This document shows, piece by piece, positions 40,997 to 51,090 of a stretch of 64,000 nt of DNA. Origin of the DNA: an uncultured Nitrospiraceae bacterium (GTDB lineage Bacteria; Nitrospirota; Thermodesulfovibrionia; Thermodesulfovibrionales; Dissulfurispiraceae); assembly GCA_963727805.1 (NCBI GenBank), contig CAVSHF010000005.1, positions 928,001 through 992,000 of the forward strand, given 5' to 3'. The notes below the pieces were generated by a model. The model made no database searches. It was given only the letters and a program-made list of their open reading frames with translations, and was not told the origin of the DNA. Made by a program: the position numbers and the translations under genes. Numbering within the stretch: the first letter of the stretch is position 1; every line of letters starts with the position of its first letter.

Positions 40997-41653
40997 TCAG
41001 CCAAGAAACTTTTCAATCCCCATCATTATGCGTTCAAGGGCTTGAAGAGATTTTATTGCGTCACCGTCAATTTCGAGACTGTGATCAGCGGCGTCAATGA
41101 TGATGCTCTCTCCTCCAGTTACCTGCAAAAGTTCATCCAGATTTCTCCGATCATAATAAGGATCGGCTGTGCCGATAACAAAAAGTGCTCTGTGCTTTAC
41201 CTGCTTTATTTGCGAAAGCAGATGTTCATTTTTCAGAACAGGAGTTAGCCAAAGGCACTGAAATTTCGGCAAGTTCTGAATCGACGTAATAAGATGTCCC
41301 ATAGATACAGTGCCGATTGACTTTCCCACAAGGGTTACTGTGTCATACTGTCGTTGCCTCATAGCAGTGGTATAGATCACGGAAGCATCGGCCGCAGCCC
41401 AGCGTCTGCGTTCATCCTGCGGCAGTGCCATAAAATCCGGAAGCTTAACATAATTGTACTCCGCCCGCAGAACATCTGCTCCCCGGGAAAGAAGAGCTAA
41501 AAAGGGGTAATACATAACCGGCATATGAGAAGTGTACCCGAGCCCAGGAAAGAAAATGGCCAAATGTCTCGTCCTATCTTTTTGACGGAAGAACGTATTC
41601 GGCACATCTGCATTTTGATTGCCGATAATAGTAAGTGTTTCGATGGAATACAT
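40997..41653 (-). CDS. Alpha/beta hydrolase family protein
   Basis: FPGLGY, GKSIG nucleophile elbow, GTAD and ADHSL motifs. Confidence 0.8.
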   Translation of the reverse strand: MYSIETLTIIGNQNADVPNTFFRQKDRTRHLAIFFPGLGYTSHMPVMYYPFLALLSRGADVLRAEYNYVKLPDFMALPQDERRRWAAADASVIYTTAMRQRQYDTVTLVGKSIGTVSMGHLITSIQNLPKFQCLWLTPVLKNEHLLSQIKQVKHRALFVIGTADPYYDRRNLDELLQVTGGESIIIDAADHSLEIDGDAIKSLQALERIMMGIEKFLG

Positions 41654-42137
41654 GTAACGATTCTCTGCTTTCTACGATGCATCCGTATTATAGCGGGTAT
41701 GCTATTCAATTATAATCTAAAATGGACTGCAAAGTCCTACCCGTACAAGAAGGCCAGAAAGCAAGTTGCCAAGAGGTTAGCTTGTTACTCCATAATAAAG
41801 ATGGTCTGTTGGCGATAACATCTGAGAAGAAAAGAGCTGGGCAGAGGCTCATGAGTCTGAAACATGAGGAAATGTTCAGGGATTGCTCATTTAAAAATCG
41901 ATTCCTCTATACCCAAATCGCATATAAATACTAATATGGATCGTGTGTGGACACTGAACTACTACGGTAGTGGGCATGGCATTTAATCTTAGATCACGCA
42001 GCATACTCTGGAAATTTATTTTTTATCTATGTCATTTCTAAGATAACTGAGCTATAATAGTGCAATTTTAAATGGTAAGTGTTTCTCATTTGTGTTTTGC
42101 ATTTAACAGCCTTTTCTCGTGTCTTAGGGGATGCTCA

Positions 42138-43045
42138 TGGGTAAGTTTCGTAAGGAGATTGTTTTAACTCTTTCGCTGCTTTTCGTGCTATGTTTTCCAG
42201 TAGCCGGACTGTGTACTCCTGAATATGCCGAGCAGACTAGTAAAAGTTGCGGTGACTGTCACGTTGATCCCGCGGGAGGCGGCAGTCTGACAAAAGATGG
42301 GTATGCATTCAAAGGACAATTGCGAATAAAGGGACTGTACAAGCCTCTTACAAACAGTCAACGTATTATCAGGTTTATCATAGGTTATGTTCACTTAATA
42401 ACAGCCATAATGTGGTTTGGTACCATTCTTTATGTACATCTCATTCTGAAGCCTGCTTATGCCGCCCAGGGTCTGCCACGAAGCGAGTTGCTAGTTGGAT
42501 GGAGTTGCATAGCTATAATGGCGTTAACAGGCACACTTCTTTCCATTGCGCGAGTGTCGAGTTGGTGGATGCTTTTTAATACAAGATTTGGAGTTCTGCT
42601 TACAATAAAAATTGTTTTGTTTCTAGTAATGGTTTTTTCGGCTATCTTTGTAACCTTCGTCATCGGACCGAAACTTAGGAAGAAAAGGAGTCTGGCTTTT
42701 GATCAGCAGAAACAAAATTTCATATCCGATGAGCTTTCGCAGTTTGATGGAAAGGAAGGACGTCCCGCGTACTTAGCGCTTAAAGGCAATATTTATGATG
42801 TCTCGAGCAGTAAACTTTGGCATGGCGGAGTACACATGAAGAGGCATTCTGCCGGCCTTGACCTGAGCGATGCTCTGAAAGCTGCACCCCATGGCGAGGA
42901 CAGGGTGCTCAAGATGAGGATTGTCGGTAAGCTGTTAAAAAGCGAACAAGCAAAAAAGCCAAAGCTCTTTTATATTCTGGCCTATACAAATCTAATAATC
43001 GTATTTCTCATAGTATTTGTTATCTGTCTCTGGCGTTGGTGGTAA
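42138..43045 (+). CDS. Membrane protein: CxxCH heme-c motif + CopD-like TM region + cytochrome b5-like domain
   Basis: Signal peptide then CGDCH; several TM helices; GRPAYLALKGNIYDVS...WHGGVH..RHSAGLDLS...APHG. Confidence 0.8.
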
Positions 43046-43094
43046 GGGTTCGACGCTGTCATTATCACTTTTTTACGTCCGCGTTGCATACAGT

Positions 43095-43290
43095 TCAGGA
43101 GTGATATTCGTCCTCCTTCATTTCTTCATGCTGGAAATGAGTAGGTTTGTTGTAGCATCGCGATAGAACCGTTTTCACGTAATGAAGAAATATTATGTAA
43201 TCTCCCATAAATTCTCGACCCGCCTCCGCATTTTCGTCAGCATGTTTTTTGCATCTTTTGCCTTGTCGCAATTTTCCCTGATTGTCCGGG
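43095..43290 (-). pseudogene. C-terminal remnant resembling DUF6448-type proteins
   Basis: KKHADENAEAGREFMGDYIIFLHYV segment with no coherent N-terminus. Confidence 0.35.
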
Positions 43291-43701
43291 TTACATCCGG
43301 AATCGCTATTCGAAATTCCCCTGAATATGCGGACAAAATACTCTATTAAGAGCAACAATGGGAATACCTCTGGGTTTAAAGTGGTATGAATTTAGCTGGT
43401 ACTTTATGTATCTGCACTTTCCTTGTTTTGGCAGGAGAATAGTTTTGGTATATGACTGCGAATTTCGGACCATGCCGAACACTCATTTCGGAGCAAAGCG
43501 AACACCTGTTTCGGTCTGAACGCGAACACTGATATCGGAGTCATGGCGAACACTTTTGGGTAATCCCGATATAGGTGTTCGCCATGAGACCGAAATAGAA
43601 GTGTTCAGACTACCTGACGAAATAAACATAGCCGAAGCTGGATAAATTCCACACAAATACGCCATTGTCCTTCTTCTACGAACTTTGACGAAGGAGAAGC
43701 G

Positions 43702-45240
43702 ATGGCTAATAGGGGTATATCCATGCGGATGGTTAGAGAAATCTTAAGACTGTATTATGGGCTGCATCTTGGCAAACGACAAATAAGCCGGTCCTGCAAA
43801 GTGTCGCCGAGCACAGTAGTAGATTATGTCCAGAAGGCCCAGGATAAGGGCATTTCATGGCCACTTCCTGAGGACCTTGATGACGCAAAGCTTGAAGCTA
43901 TGCTCAGTGAACGCAGTAGTCGGAAGACAGCCCTTCGTCCGCTGCCCCCAATGGAGGAGATTCATCGCGAGCTTCGCAAAAAGGGCGTCACCCTTCAACT
44001 GTTGTGGCTCGAATATAAAGAACGGCATCCTGAGGGGTATCAGTTTACGCAGTTCTGCGAGCATTATCACCGCTGGGAGAAAAACCTTGAGATAAGTTTA
44101 CGGCAGGAGCATCGCGCCGGCGAGAAGATGTTCATCGACTTTGCCGGCAAAGGGATACCCATCGTCGACTCTTTCACAGGCGAGAGCACCGAAGCTCAGA
44201 TCTTTGTGGCAGTCCTTGGAGCAAGCAACTATACCTATGTCGAAGCGCTCCCATCGCAGAGTCTCCCCTTCTGGATCAAGGCTCACATCAATGCTTTTGA
44301 ATACTTTCACGGTGTGAGCCAAATCCTTGTCCCGGACAATATCCGAGCAGCCGTATCGAAGTCCTGCCGATACGAACCCGACCTCAACCCCGTATATCTG
44401 AGTCTGGCGCAGCACTACGGTACCGCCATTATCCCTGCACGTCCGTATAAACCAAAAGATAAGGCAAAGGTGGAAGCCGGAGTATTGCTGGTCACCCGAT
44501 GGATCATTGCGGCATTGAGGAATCACACATTCTTCAGTATCGAGGAGCTTAATGCCAGCATCAGGGAACTTCTGGAACGCTTGAATACCCGGAAGTTCAG
44601 GAAACTAAACAGTACCCGCAGAGAACTCTTTGAGACCCTTGAGAGGCCGTATCTTAAGCCTTTGCCCGTTGAGCGGTATCGATACATCGACTTCAAGCGG
44701 CCAACGGTTAACATCGATTACCACGTCGACGTAGCGGATCATTACTACAGCGTTCCTTACCAGCTTCGTGGCAAAAAGTTAGAAGCCTTCCTCACTGTCG
44801 ATACGGTGGAGATCTTCCACAATAACAATCGCATTGTGACTCATCAACGCAGCTTCAAAGCAAGAGGATATACGACCATTGCTGAGCACATGCCGAAAGC
44901 GCATCAGAAGCATCTTGAGTGGACTCCATCGAGGATCATCCACTGGGCGGAGCAGACCGGCGCTGCCACAGCAAAGCTTGTCGAGACCATCCTGACGACG
45001 CGACCGCATCCGGAGCAGGGATTCAAATCCTGCATAGGCCTGTTGAGACTCGGCAAGAAGTACTCGCCGGAGAGACTGGAAGCAGCCTCTATGCGGGCGG
45101 TCCATATCAAGGCTTATTCATACAAGAGCGTCAAGTCGATGCTTGAAACCGGATTCGACCGTACTCCGATCACCGAACAAAAGGAGGTGACCCCGCCCTT
45201 ATATCATGACAATATCCGCGGTAAAGAGTACTTCAGTTGA
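43702..45240 (+). CDS. istA: IS21 transposase
   Basis: HTH N-terminus; FIDFAG, LVPDN and PKDKAKVE DDE motifs; HDNIRG C-terminus. Confidence 0.95.
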   Translation: MANRGISMRMVREILRLYYGLHLGKRQISRSCKVSPSTVVDYVQKAQDKGISWPLPEDLDDAKLEAMLSERSSRKTALRPLPPMEEIHRELRKKGVTLQLLWLEYKERHPEGYQFTQFCEHYHRWEKNLEISLRQEHRAGEKMFIDFAGKGIPIVDSFTGESTEAQIFVAVLGASNYTYVEALPSQSLPFWIKAHINAFEYFHGVSQILVPDNIRAAVSKSCRYEPDLNPVYLSLAQHYGTAIIPARPYKPKDKAKVEAGVLLVTRWIIAALRNHTFFSIEELNASIRELLERLNTRKFRKLNSTRRELFETLERPYLKPLPVERYRYIDFKRPTVNIDYHVDVADHYYSVPYQLRGKKLEAFLTVDTVEIFHNNNRIVTHQRSFKARGYTTIAEHMPKAHQKHLEWTPSRIIHWAEQTGAATAKLVETILTTRPHPEQGFKSCIGLLRLGKKYSPERLEAASMRAVHIKAYSYKSVKSMLETGFDRTPITEQKEVTPPLYHDNIRGKEYFS

Positions 45241-45333
45241 AAATCGGCTCTATGGGACAGCCAATAATCGACTAAGAGGCATCGACCAAGGGGTAAGTAT
45301 ACCCCACAAACATACTATAAGGAGGAGACAGCG

Positions 45334-46083
45334 TTGAATCACACTATCGAAAAACTCTCACAGATGAAGCTCTACACAATGGCAACGGCAGTGAAGGAGC
45401 AGCTTGAAAATCCTTCCCTTAGCAAACTGAGCTTTGAGGACAGATTCTCCATGATCATAGACCGGGAGTGGACTTCCAGGGAAGACAGAAAACTCACCAG
45501 AAGACTCAAGTCGGCACGCCTGAGGACCAATGCCACTATCGAAGATATCGACTATCAGCACCCCAGGGGATTGGACAAGTCGGTCGTCAGATCCCTGGCT
45601 TCTTGTCAGTGGATCTCTTCTCACCATAACGTGATCATCACCGGGCCGACCGGCATCGGCAAGACTTACCTTGCTGAGGCATTTGCAAACAAAGCCTGCC
45701 GAGAAGGATTCACTGCTGTACAATACCGGTCAACAAGACTCTTTGAGGAACTGAGGATCGCAAAAGCTGACGGCAGTTTCTTCAAGGTCCTCGGAAGACT
45801 TGCAAAGACGGACCTCCTCGTCATTGACGACTGGGCCGTGGACCCACTGACCGAAGATGAGCGCGGCCACTTCCTGGAAGTCATGGAAGACAGATACGGA
45901 CTGAAGGCGACAATCATTACCAGCCAGTATCCCGTCGCCAAATGGCATGATCGCATCGGAGAGCCTACAAAAGCCGACGCCATACTCGACAGGATCGTCC
46001 ATAACTCACACAAGATAGCTTTGAAGGGAGAATCGATGAGAAAAACTAAGACAAACTTGACGAAAGGCGAACGCTCTTCGTAA
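45334..46083 (+). CDS. istB: IS21 helper ATPase
   Basis: GPTGIGKT, LLVIDDW and ADAILDRIVH motifs; TTG start after AGGAGG. Confidence 0.95.
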   Translation: MNHTIEKLSQMKLYTMATAVKEQLENPSLSKLSFEDRFSMIIDREWTSREDRKLTRRLKSARLRTNATIEDIDYQHPRGLDKSVVRSLASCQWISSHHNVIITGPTGIGKTYLAEAFANKACREGFTAVQYRSTRLFEELRIAKADGSFFKVLGRLAKTDLLVIDDWAVDPLTEDERGHFLEVMEDRYGLKATIITSQYPVAKWHDRIGEPTKADAILDRIVHNSHKIALKGESMRKTKTNLTKGERSS

Positions 46084-46261
46084 GATGTTTTGGTACGGCT
46101 TCGCTATGTTTCACAAGTGTTCGCCATCCTCCGGCACGACTGTTCGCCATCACCGGAATTCGCAATATGACCAAAAGCATGTCAATAATTATTTGATATA
46201 TGGAGTAAAATAAATTTTATATGAGCATATGTGCATAATAAATTTATGGGAGGGGAGGGTA

Positions 46262-46578
46262 ATGAAAATATGTTTCCAAGTGTTAGAAAATAAGGATTGG
46301 ACCAGTATGGTCTATAACCATTTGGATCCGCGCCGGCCTTTGCTGTTGTCAATACTGAGACAGGAAGTGTATCAACGATCAGCAGCAGTAATCATCACCA
46401 TGTGCATGGTGCATGGAACCCTGTCATGGCTATGAACGGCCAGCAGTCAGATGCTGTGATAGTGGGGAGTATCGGGACAGGTGTTTTAAACAAACTGAAT
46501 CAGAAAGGCATGAGGGCTTTCCAAGCACAGAAGGCAACAATATCTTTCCCTTTTAAATGTTATCGCATTGAAGATTGA
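46262..46578 (+). pseudogene. NifB/NifX-family FeMo-cofactor-binding-like protein, frameshifted
   Basis: MKICF...VYNH shifts (one T missing) into FGSAPAFAVV...HHHVHG...DAVIVGSIGTG...KG. Confidence 0.75.
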
Positions 46579-46678
46579 ATCTTATTCGTACCACTCAAAT
46601 AAGGGAGGTATGATTACTGCGTGGATTACTATAATTAAGTGGAGTTGTCCGTTATGTGAAGTAAACGTTGCAATGCGG

Positions 46679-49315
46679 TTAAGACGTCTTGCCTGAGACT
46701 CCTTCCGGCTTGCTCATCAGCTCGTAATTACCGTTTTTGAACCTTTGGGCATAATGCGTGATGGTGGTATCATCGCGCAGCAGTGCATCAAGTTTCCTCG
46801 CAAAGGCGATGAGCCTTCCGAGCTGGTCGAGTACATCCTCCATCTGTTCCCGGCTGATATTGGCCAGCCTCGCGATGAGCAGATCTCCCTTCGTCCAGAT
46901 CGTGAAACCGTAATCCTTAAGAATTGAAGCGATGAACTGCACCCTCCGCGAGCGCTGAGATATATCGGTCGCCCCCCCGGAGAAACGAAAATAGATATGA
47001 TTGTTTCTGGGGTTCTCGCTACAATAACAGTCCACGATATTGAAGTGGTATCCGAACTTCAGGCTGAGATTTACATACTCTCTCGATACAACGGCCACAT
47101 TCATAAGAGGGGAACTCATGCTCTCCGAGTGGATATCGGGCATGCGTGTCATGCTCATAAAAAAGTCCTTCATCTTCAAGGGTACCGTCTCATTATGCCA
47201 TGCGCCCGGATGCATCATCCCCCCCACAATCGCCTTAAGTGGGATTGAAACAATTTCGTTTACCGTCACCGTTTCCCTTGAGCCCTTTGTCCCTTTGGAG
47301 ACACTTCTGTCTAGGCCACCGCCCATGTCAATTATCACAATGCCGGCTGGGACAGGCAGGTCCAGTGTTATGGCAGCGTAGTCTTTCAGACTTGCCCTCC
47401 TATGTCGGGTGCAGTCAACTAGTTCCATGATCGATTTTTCATGAATGAACCTGAGGATGTCATGCATGGTCTTGCATTGCTCAGGCAGGAAATTACTATG
47501 CAAGGGTTCGATTAGATTAAGGGGTGAAATATGCGTCAACACATACCTTTTCTTCAGGTATTCATGTCCCTCGGTTATATCCGGCACATTTGCAGAAGAG
47601 CAATCGCGCACTTCATCAACGATTCCCTCGTATACGGCGCTGCCCTCGTCGTCCACGATTACCGTTACCTTCATTCCGTCTTTAAGTATTCGCGTGGCGT
47701 CATCCGTGTTCACGATAGTCGGTATCCTGCACTCCCTAGAGAGTGAAGCCATATGACTGGTAGGGGTACCGATGTCGGTGATTATAGCTGATACGTCATT
47801 CATCAGGCGTACGAAAACCGAGAAGTCGCGCTTTGAGACGAGGATTGCGCCTTTAGGAAAATCTCCGGCATCGTCCGGTGTCATTGCCACAAAGACCTTT
47901 CCTGCGCCGATGCCCTTTTGGACGCTGATACCTTTATTCCGCATCAATGTCGGCCTTGATTCAAAATGCCTCACGACGGACGAGCAATTACTGCCTTCAC
48001 CTTCTCCCATCCGCAGTTCCCTTGCCTGCAATATAAAAATCCTTTCATCTCGGTCAAGCGCCCATTCGATATCCTGAGGCCTCCTGCAATGCTTCTCGAT
48101 TAACTGGGCCTGAAGTGCGATTTCAGTCACAAGCCTCGGATCAACTACCATTTTGTCCCTCATCTCACGAGGAGTCGCAATCGTGTCGATTCCACCCCCT
48201 GGTATGAACACAGTCATCGATTCCTTCATGCCGCATCTCATGTCAGTTATTTGAGGAGATGCACCCCTGTTGACTCTGTAGATATCCGCTTCAACCAACC
48301 CTTCGACGATGGTCTTGCCGAGGCCCCAGTTAGCGCTGATCAAAAGGGTGTCCTTGTTGCCGATCGGTCCGCTCGGGTCCACGGAATACACAACCCCGCT
48401 CGATACCGCCTCCACCATCGCCACGCACCCGACTGACATTTTCATCTTACTGGCATCATAGCCAAATCGCTTCTGGTACGCCATGGAATGCAGCGAGAAG
48501 AGGCTCGCGACTACCTTTTTATAAGCCTCCTTTATGGCCAAGGCTTCCAGTGGAACATTCAGCAGGGTGTCGAATTGTCCGGCGAATGAAAGCTTGCCGT
48601 CTTCTTCCTCAGCGCTGCTTCTTACCGCGATGGAGCAAGATGCCCCGCATTTTATCTTCATCCTCCTGATTGCAGCATCGAACTCTCTATCCAGTGCCGG
48701 AGGTATTTTACCAATGATAATCGCAGTGCGCAGCGCAACAAAGTCCTCTTCGGATATCTCACCTTTTTCCATTAGAGACTCAACCTTGTCATTGAGTCCA
48801 TTGAATTGCAGAAATTCGTCGAACGAGCGTGTAGTGATAAAAAAGGCATCTGGGACATTGAGGTCGAGCACATTTTTTAGCTCGGCGAGTCCGGCATTTT
48901 TGCCCCCTACATCATAGTACATATCCCATGATGTATCTTCGATGAAAACAACCCTTTCACCGGATGTAGAGGCCGAGTCCGACAACATCTCCACGATCCT
49001 GCCGTCTATTCTGATGAAGGCATCGCGCAGCCCCGGATATCCGTTGCGTGTGAGCATGTCGAAGTTTTTTATTGAACTCGAGACGTCAGCGGAAAGCTCC
49101 GCGTATGCGCTCTCGATATAATTGATATCGAACAGATATTCGCCGCTGAGTTTCTCTCCCATCTCGGCGATCATCTCAATAGCTCTGTTGTGGCTTGTGA
49201 GGACCTGCCGGAACCTGCTGAACAGGACTTGAAATGGCAGTGGTGGATGGAGCGACCTCTTCATTTTCCTGCTGATGCTGCTCAATAAACCTGCAAGACT
49301 ATGATTCATTATCAC
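46679..49315 (-). CDS. PEP synthase/PPDK-like dikinase (ATP-grasp + phospho-His domain + atypical C-terminus)
   Basis: VGGKNAGL, AVRSSAEEED..SFAGQF, SANWGLG and PQDIEWA..ILQAR; GTPTSHMASLSRECRIP His motif. No recognisable PEP-binding barrel. Confidence 0.85.
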   Translation of the reverse strand: MIMNHSLAGLLSSISRKMKRSLHPPLPFQVLFSRFRQVLTSHNRAIEMIAEMGEKLSGEYLFDINYIESAYAELSADVSSSIKNFDMLTRNGYPGLRDAFIRIDGRIVEMLSDSASTSGERVVFIEDTSWDMYYDVGGKNAGLAELKNVLDLNVPDAFFITTRSFDEFLQFNGLNDKVESLMEKGEISEEDFVALRTAIIIGKIPPALDREFDAAIRRMKIKCGASCSIAVRSSAEEEDGKLSFAGQFDTLLNVPLEALAIKEAYKKVVASLFSLHSMAYQKRFGYDASKMKMSVGCVAMVEAVSSGVVYSVDPSGPIGNKDTLLISANWGLGKTIVEGLVEADIYRVNRGASPQITDMRCGMKESMTVFIPGGGIDTIATPREMRDKMVVDPRLVTEIALQAQLIEKHCRRPQDIEWALDRDERIFILQARELRMGEGEGSNCSSVVRHFESRPTLMRNKGISVQKGIGAGKVFVAMTPDDAGDFPKGAILVSKRDFSVFVRLMNDVSAIITDIGTPTSHMASLSRECRIPTIVNTDDATRILKDGMKVTVIVDDEGSAVYEGIVDEVRDCSSANVPDITEGHEYLKKRYVLTHISPLNLIEPLHSNFLPEQCKTMHDILRFIHEKSIMELVDCTRHRRASLKDYAAITLDLPVPAGIVIIDMGGGLDRSVSKGTKGSRETVTVNEIVSIPLKAIVGGMMHPGAWHNETVPLKMKDFFMSMTRMPDIHSESMSSPLMNVAVVSREYVNLSLKFGYHFNIVDCYCSENPRNNHIYFRFSGGATDISQRSRRVQFIASILKDYGFTIWTKGDLLIARLANISREQMEDVLDQLGRLIAFARKLDALLRDDTTITHYAQRFKNGNYELMSKPEGVSGKTS

Positions 49316-49679
49316 TCTTCTCTAGTGCACGCAGTATGGACGCCTTTAAATCCTTGATCCTGACCGGCTTCGGGAAAAAGTCGAAAACGTCTCCCCTCAA
49401 GGCCTCGATGGCTGTATCCAGATTGGCAAAAGCTGTAATCATTATGACCTTAGTCGTAGGGTTTAGTTCCTTTACAGTTCTGAGAACCTCCATTCCATCT
49501 ATGCCTTTCATCTTGAAATCGGTAATGACCACATCAAAAGGTTTTTCCTTGAGCCTGGCCAGTGCTGATTCGCCATTGAGGAATGTCTCCACGTAATATC
49601 CGTCATGCTCCAGTGACATTTTTGCCATGTCCCCAACTATCTTTTCGTCATCGATGACCATGATGTTATATTGACTCAT
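49299..49679 (-). CDS. Single-domain response regulator (REC)
   Basis: IMVIDDE, VVITDFKM, MITAF and FFPKP motifs. Confidence 0.9.
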   Translation of the reverse strand: MSQYNIMVIDDEKIVGDMAKMSLEHDGYYVETFLNGESALARLKEKPFDVVITDFKMKGIDGMEVLRTVKELNPTTKVIMITAFANLDTAIEALRGDVFDFFPKPVRIKDLKASILRALEKSDNES

Positions 49680-51081
49680 GTCTTGCCTCCTTTGCACGTT
49701 TGTAAGATGGTAACTCTATTGTAAAGGTGGTGCCGAGGCTTACCGTGCTGTCAACCTTTATATTCCCATTGTGGTTCATTATGATCCCGTAACTGACAGA
49801 CAGACCGAGACCAGTACCGCTGCTCTTGGTGCTGAAGAAGGGGTCAAAAATATTAGGCAGATATTCCGGAGGGATTCCCTGGCCCGTATCCTGAACACGT
49901 ATCATAACTGTATCTTCTCCCACGGCTTTAGTCTCAACCGTCAGAGTACCACTCGGAGACATAGCCTGCACCGCATTTGCAATAAGGTTTACCATTACCT
50001 GTTCTATCTGATGCTCATCGATGTAAACATGTGGCAGACCTTGTCCGAAAATCAGCTTCGACTCGATATTAGATATGTCCAGAGTATTCTGCATGAGCCG
50101 TACCGATTTCCTCACTATCTCATTGATGTCCGCTTTTTTTAACCTCGCCTCCCTAGATTTCGAAAAATCAAGAAGGTTTTTGACGACATCCTCCATCCTC
50201 TTTGTTTCCTCATAGGCTTTGCTGATCAAAGATAGTCTGCTCTCTTTATTGAGAAAATCATAAAGATCCAGATAATTCTGGGTTATCATCGAGATGTTAT
50301 TAAGGGGATTGGTCAATTCGTGGGCAACCCCCGCTGTCAGAACGCCAAGGGATGCAAGCTTCTTAGCCTGGATTATCTCCTCTCCCTTATTCTTCAGCTC
50401 TTCGGACATACGATTTATTGCAAGTATTACCGACCCAAATTCATCTTTGGATCTCCCGTCCTCAATTTTGCTGAAATTTCCTTCTGCTATGGACATTGCC
50501 ACTCTTTCAATAGCCCTGAGGGATATTGATATCTTCTTTGATACGAGCCTTCCCAAGACTATGGATAGAAACAGTATACACAGGAAAGAGATGAACAGGA
50601 GCCTTTTGGCATTGAAAATGATGTCGTTGACGCGCTTCCTCTCAAGTTGAGTTTTAGCCTTAAAAAAATCTCTTAACTTCCTGCCCACCGTGCTCAATTC
50701 TGATTTGAGCCTCGGATCTTTCCCATGGGTCCTGTCAAGTTCATCGATGACTTTTGAATATTCGTCCAGATACGACCTCAACAACTGAAGATTGTTGTCC
50801 CCTATGACGCGAATCAGATCTTCTTTGGTCGCATCGATGGATTTCATCGAGTCCCCTATGTTTTCATGAATGTTGATAAGCCATTTCTCGTCGTTGTAAA
50901 GCAGAAAGTTCTTTTCCGAAATCCTCATTTCGAGGAAGGATGCGTTCAGGTCATCCGATATCTCCACAAACCTGAGCTTTGCCAAGACTTGGTTCATATT
51001 TTGAAAGGCAAAAAGGCCTATCATGATAATAAAAGCTACATTAAAGAAAAAAGAAAGCTGTATTTTATGTTCTATTTTCAT
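49666..51081 (-). CDS. Membrane sensor histidine kinase (2 TM, HAMP, HisKA, HATPase)
   Basis: AGVAHELTNPL, NLIANAVQAM, DTGQGI, FDPFFSTK and GTGLGL motifs. Confidence 0.93.
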   Translation of the reverse strand: MKIEHKIQLSFFFNVAFIIMIGLFAFQNMNQVLAKLRFVEISDDLNASFLEMRISEKNFLLYNDEKWLINIHENIGDSMKSIDATKEDLIRVIGDNNLQLLRSYLDEYSKVIDELDRTHGKDPRLKSELSTVGRKLRDFFKAKTQLERKRVNDIIFNAKRLLFISFLCILFLSIVLGRLVSKKISISLRAIERVAMSIAEGNFSKIEDGRSKDEFGSVILAINRMSEELKNKGEEIIQAKKLASLGVLTAGVAHELTNPLNNISMITQNYLDLYDFLNKESRLSLISKAYEETKRMEDVVKNLLDFSKSREARLKKADINEIVRKSVRLMQNTLDISNIESKLIFGQGLPHVYIDEHQIEQVMVNLIANAVQAMSPSGTLTVETKAVGEDTVMIRVQDTGQGIPPEYLPNIFDPFFSTKSSGTGLGLSVSYGIIMNHNGNIKVDSTVSLGTTFTIELPSYKRAKEARHESI

Positions 51082-51090
51082 ACATTCCTT

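Larger units (their letters stand above)
43457..46164 (+). mobile_element. IS21-family insertion sequence, 2708 bp
   Basis: Ends TGCGAATTTCGG.../...CCGGAATTCGCA; subterminal GCGAACAC repeats; 7-bp TSD ATATGAC at 43450-43456 and 46165-46171; carries istA and istB. Confidence 0.95.

Noticed and set aside
42821..42830. CATGGCGGAG match to the tRNA-Ser 3' end as a possible att site
   Set aside because: The match is only about 9 bp and lies inside an intact coding sequence, so it is likely chance.
43457..43610. Regularly spaced CGAACAC repeats resembling a mini-CRISPR array
   Set aside because: The period is only about 22-24 bp, the repeats are mirrored at the other IS end (GTGTTCGCC) and no cas genes are present. 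They are IS21 subterminal transposase-binding repeats.
46679..49315. Calling the enzyme ppsA or ppdK
   Set aside because: No recognisable C-terminal PEP/pyruvate-binding barrel motifs, so the substrate is uncertain.
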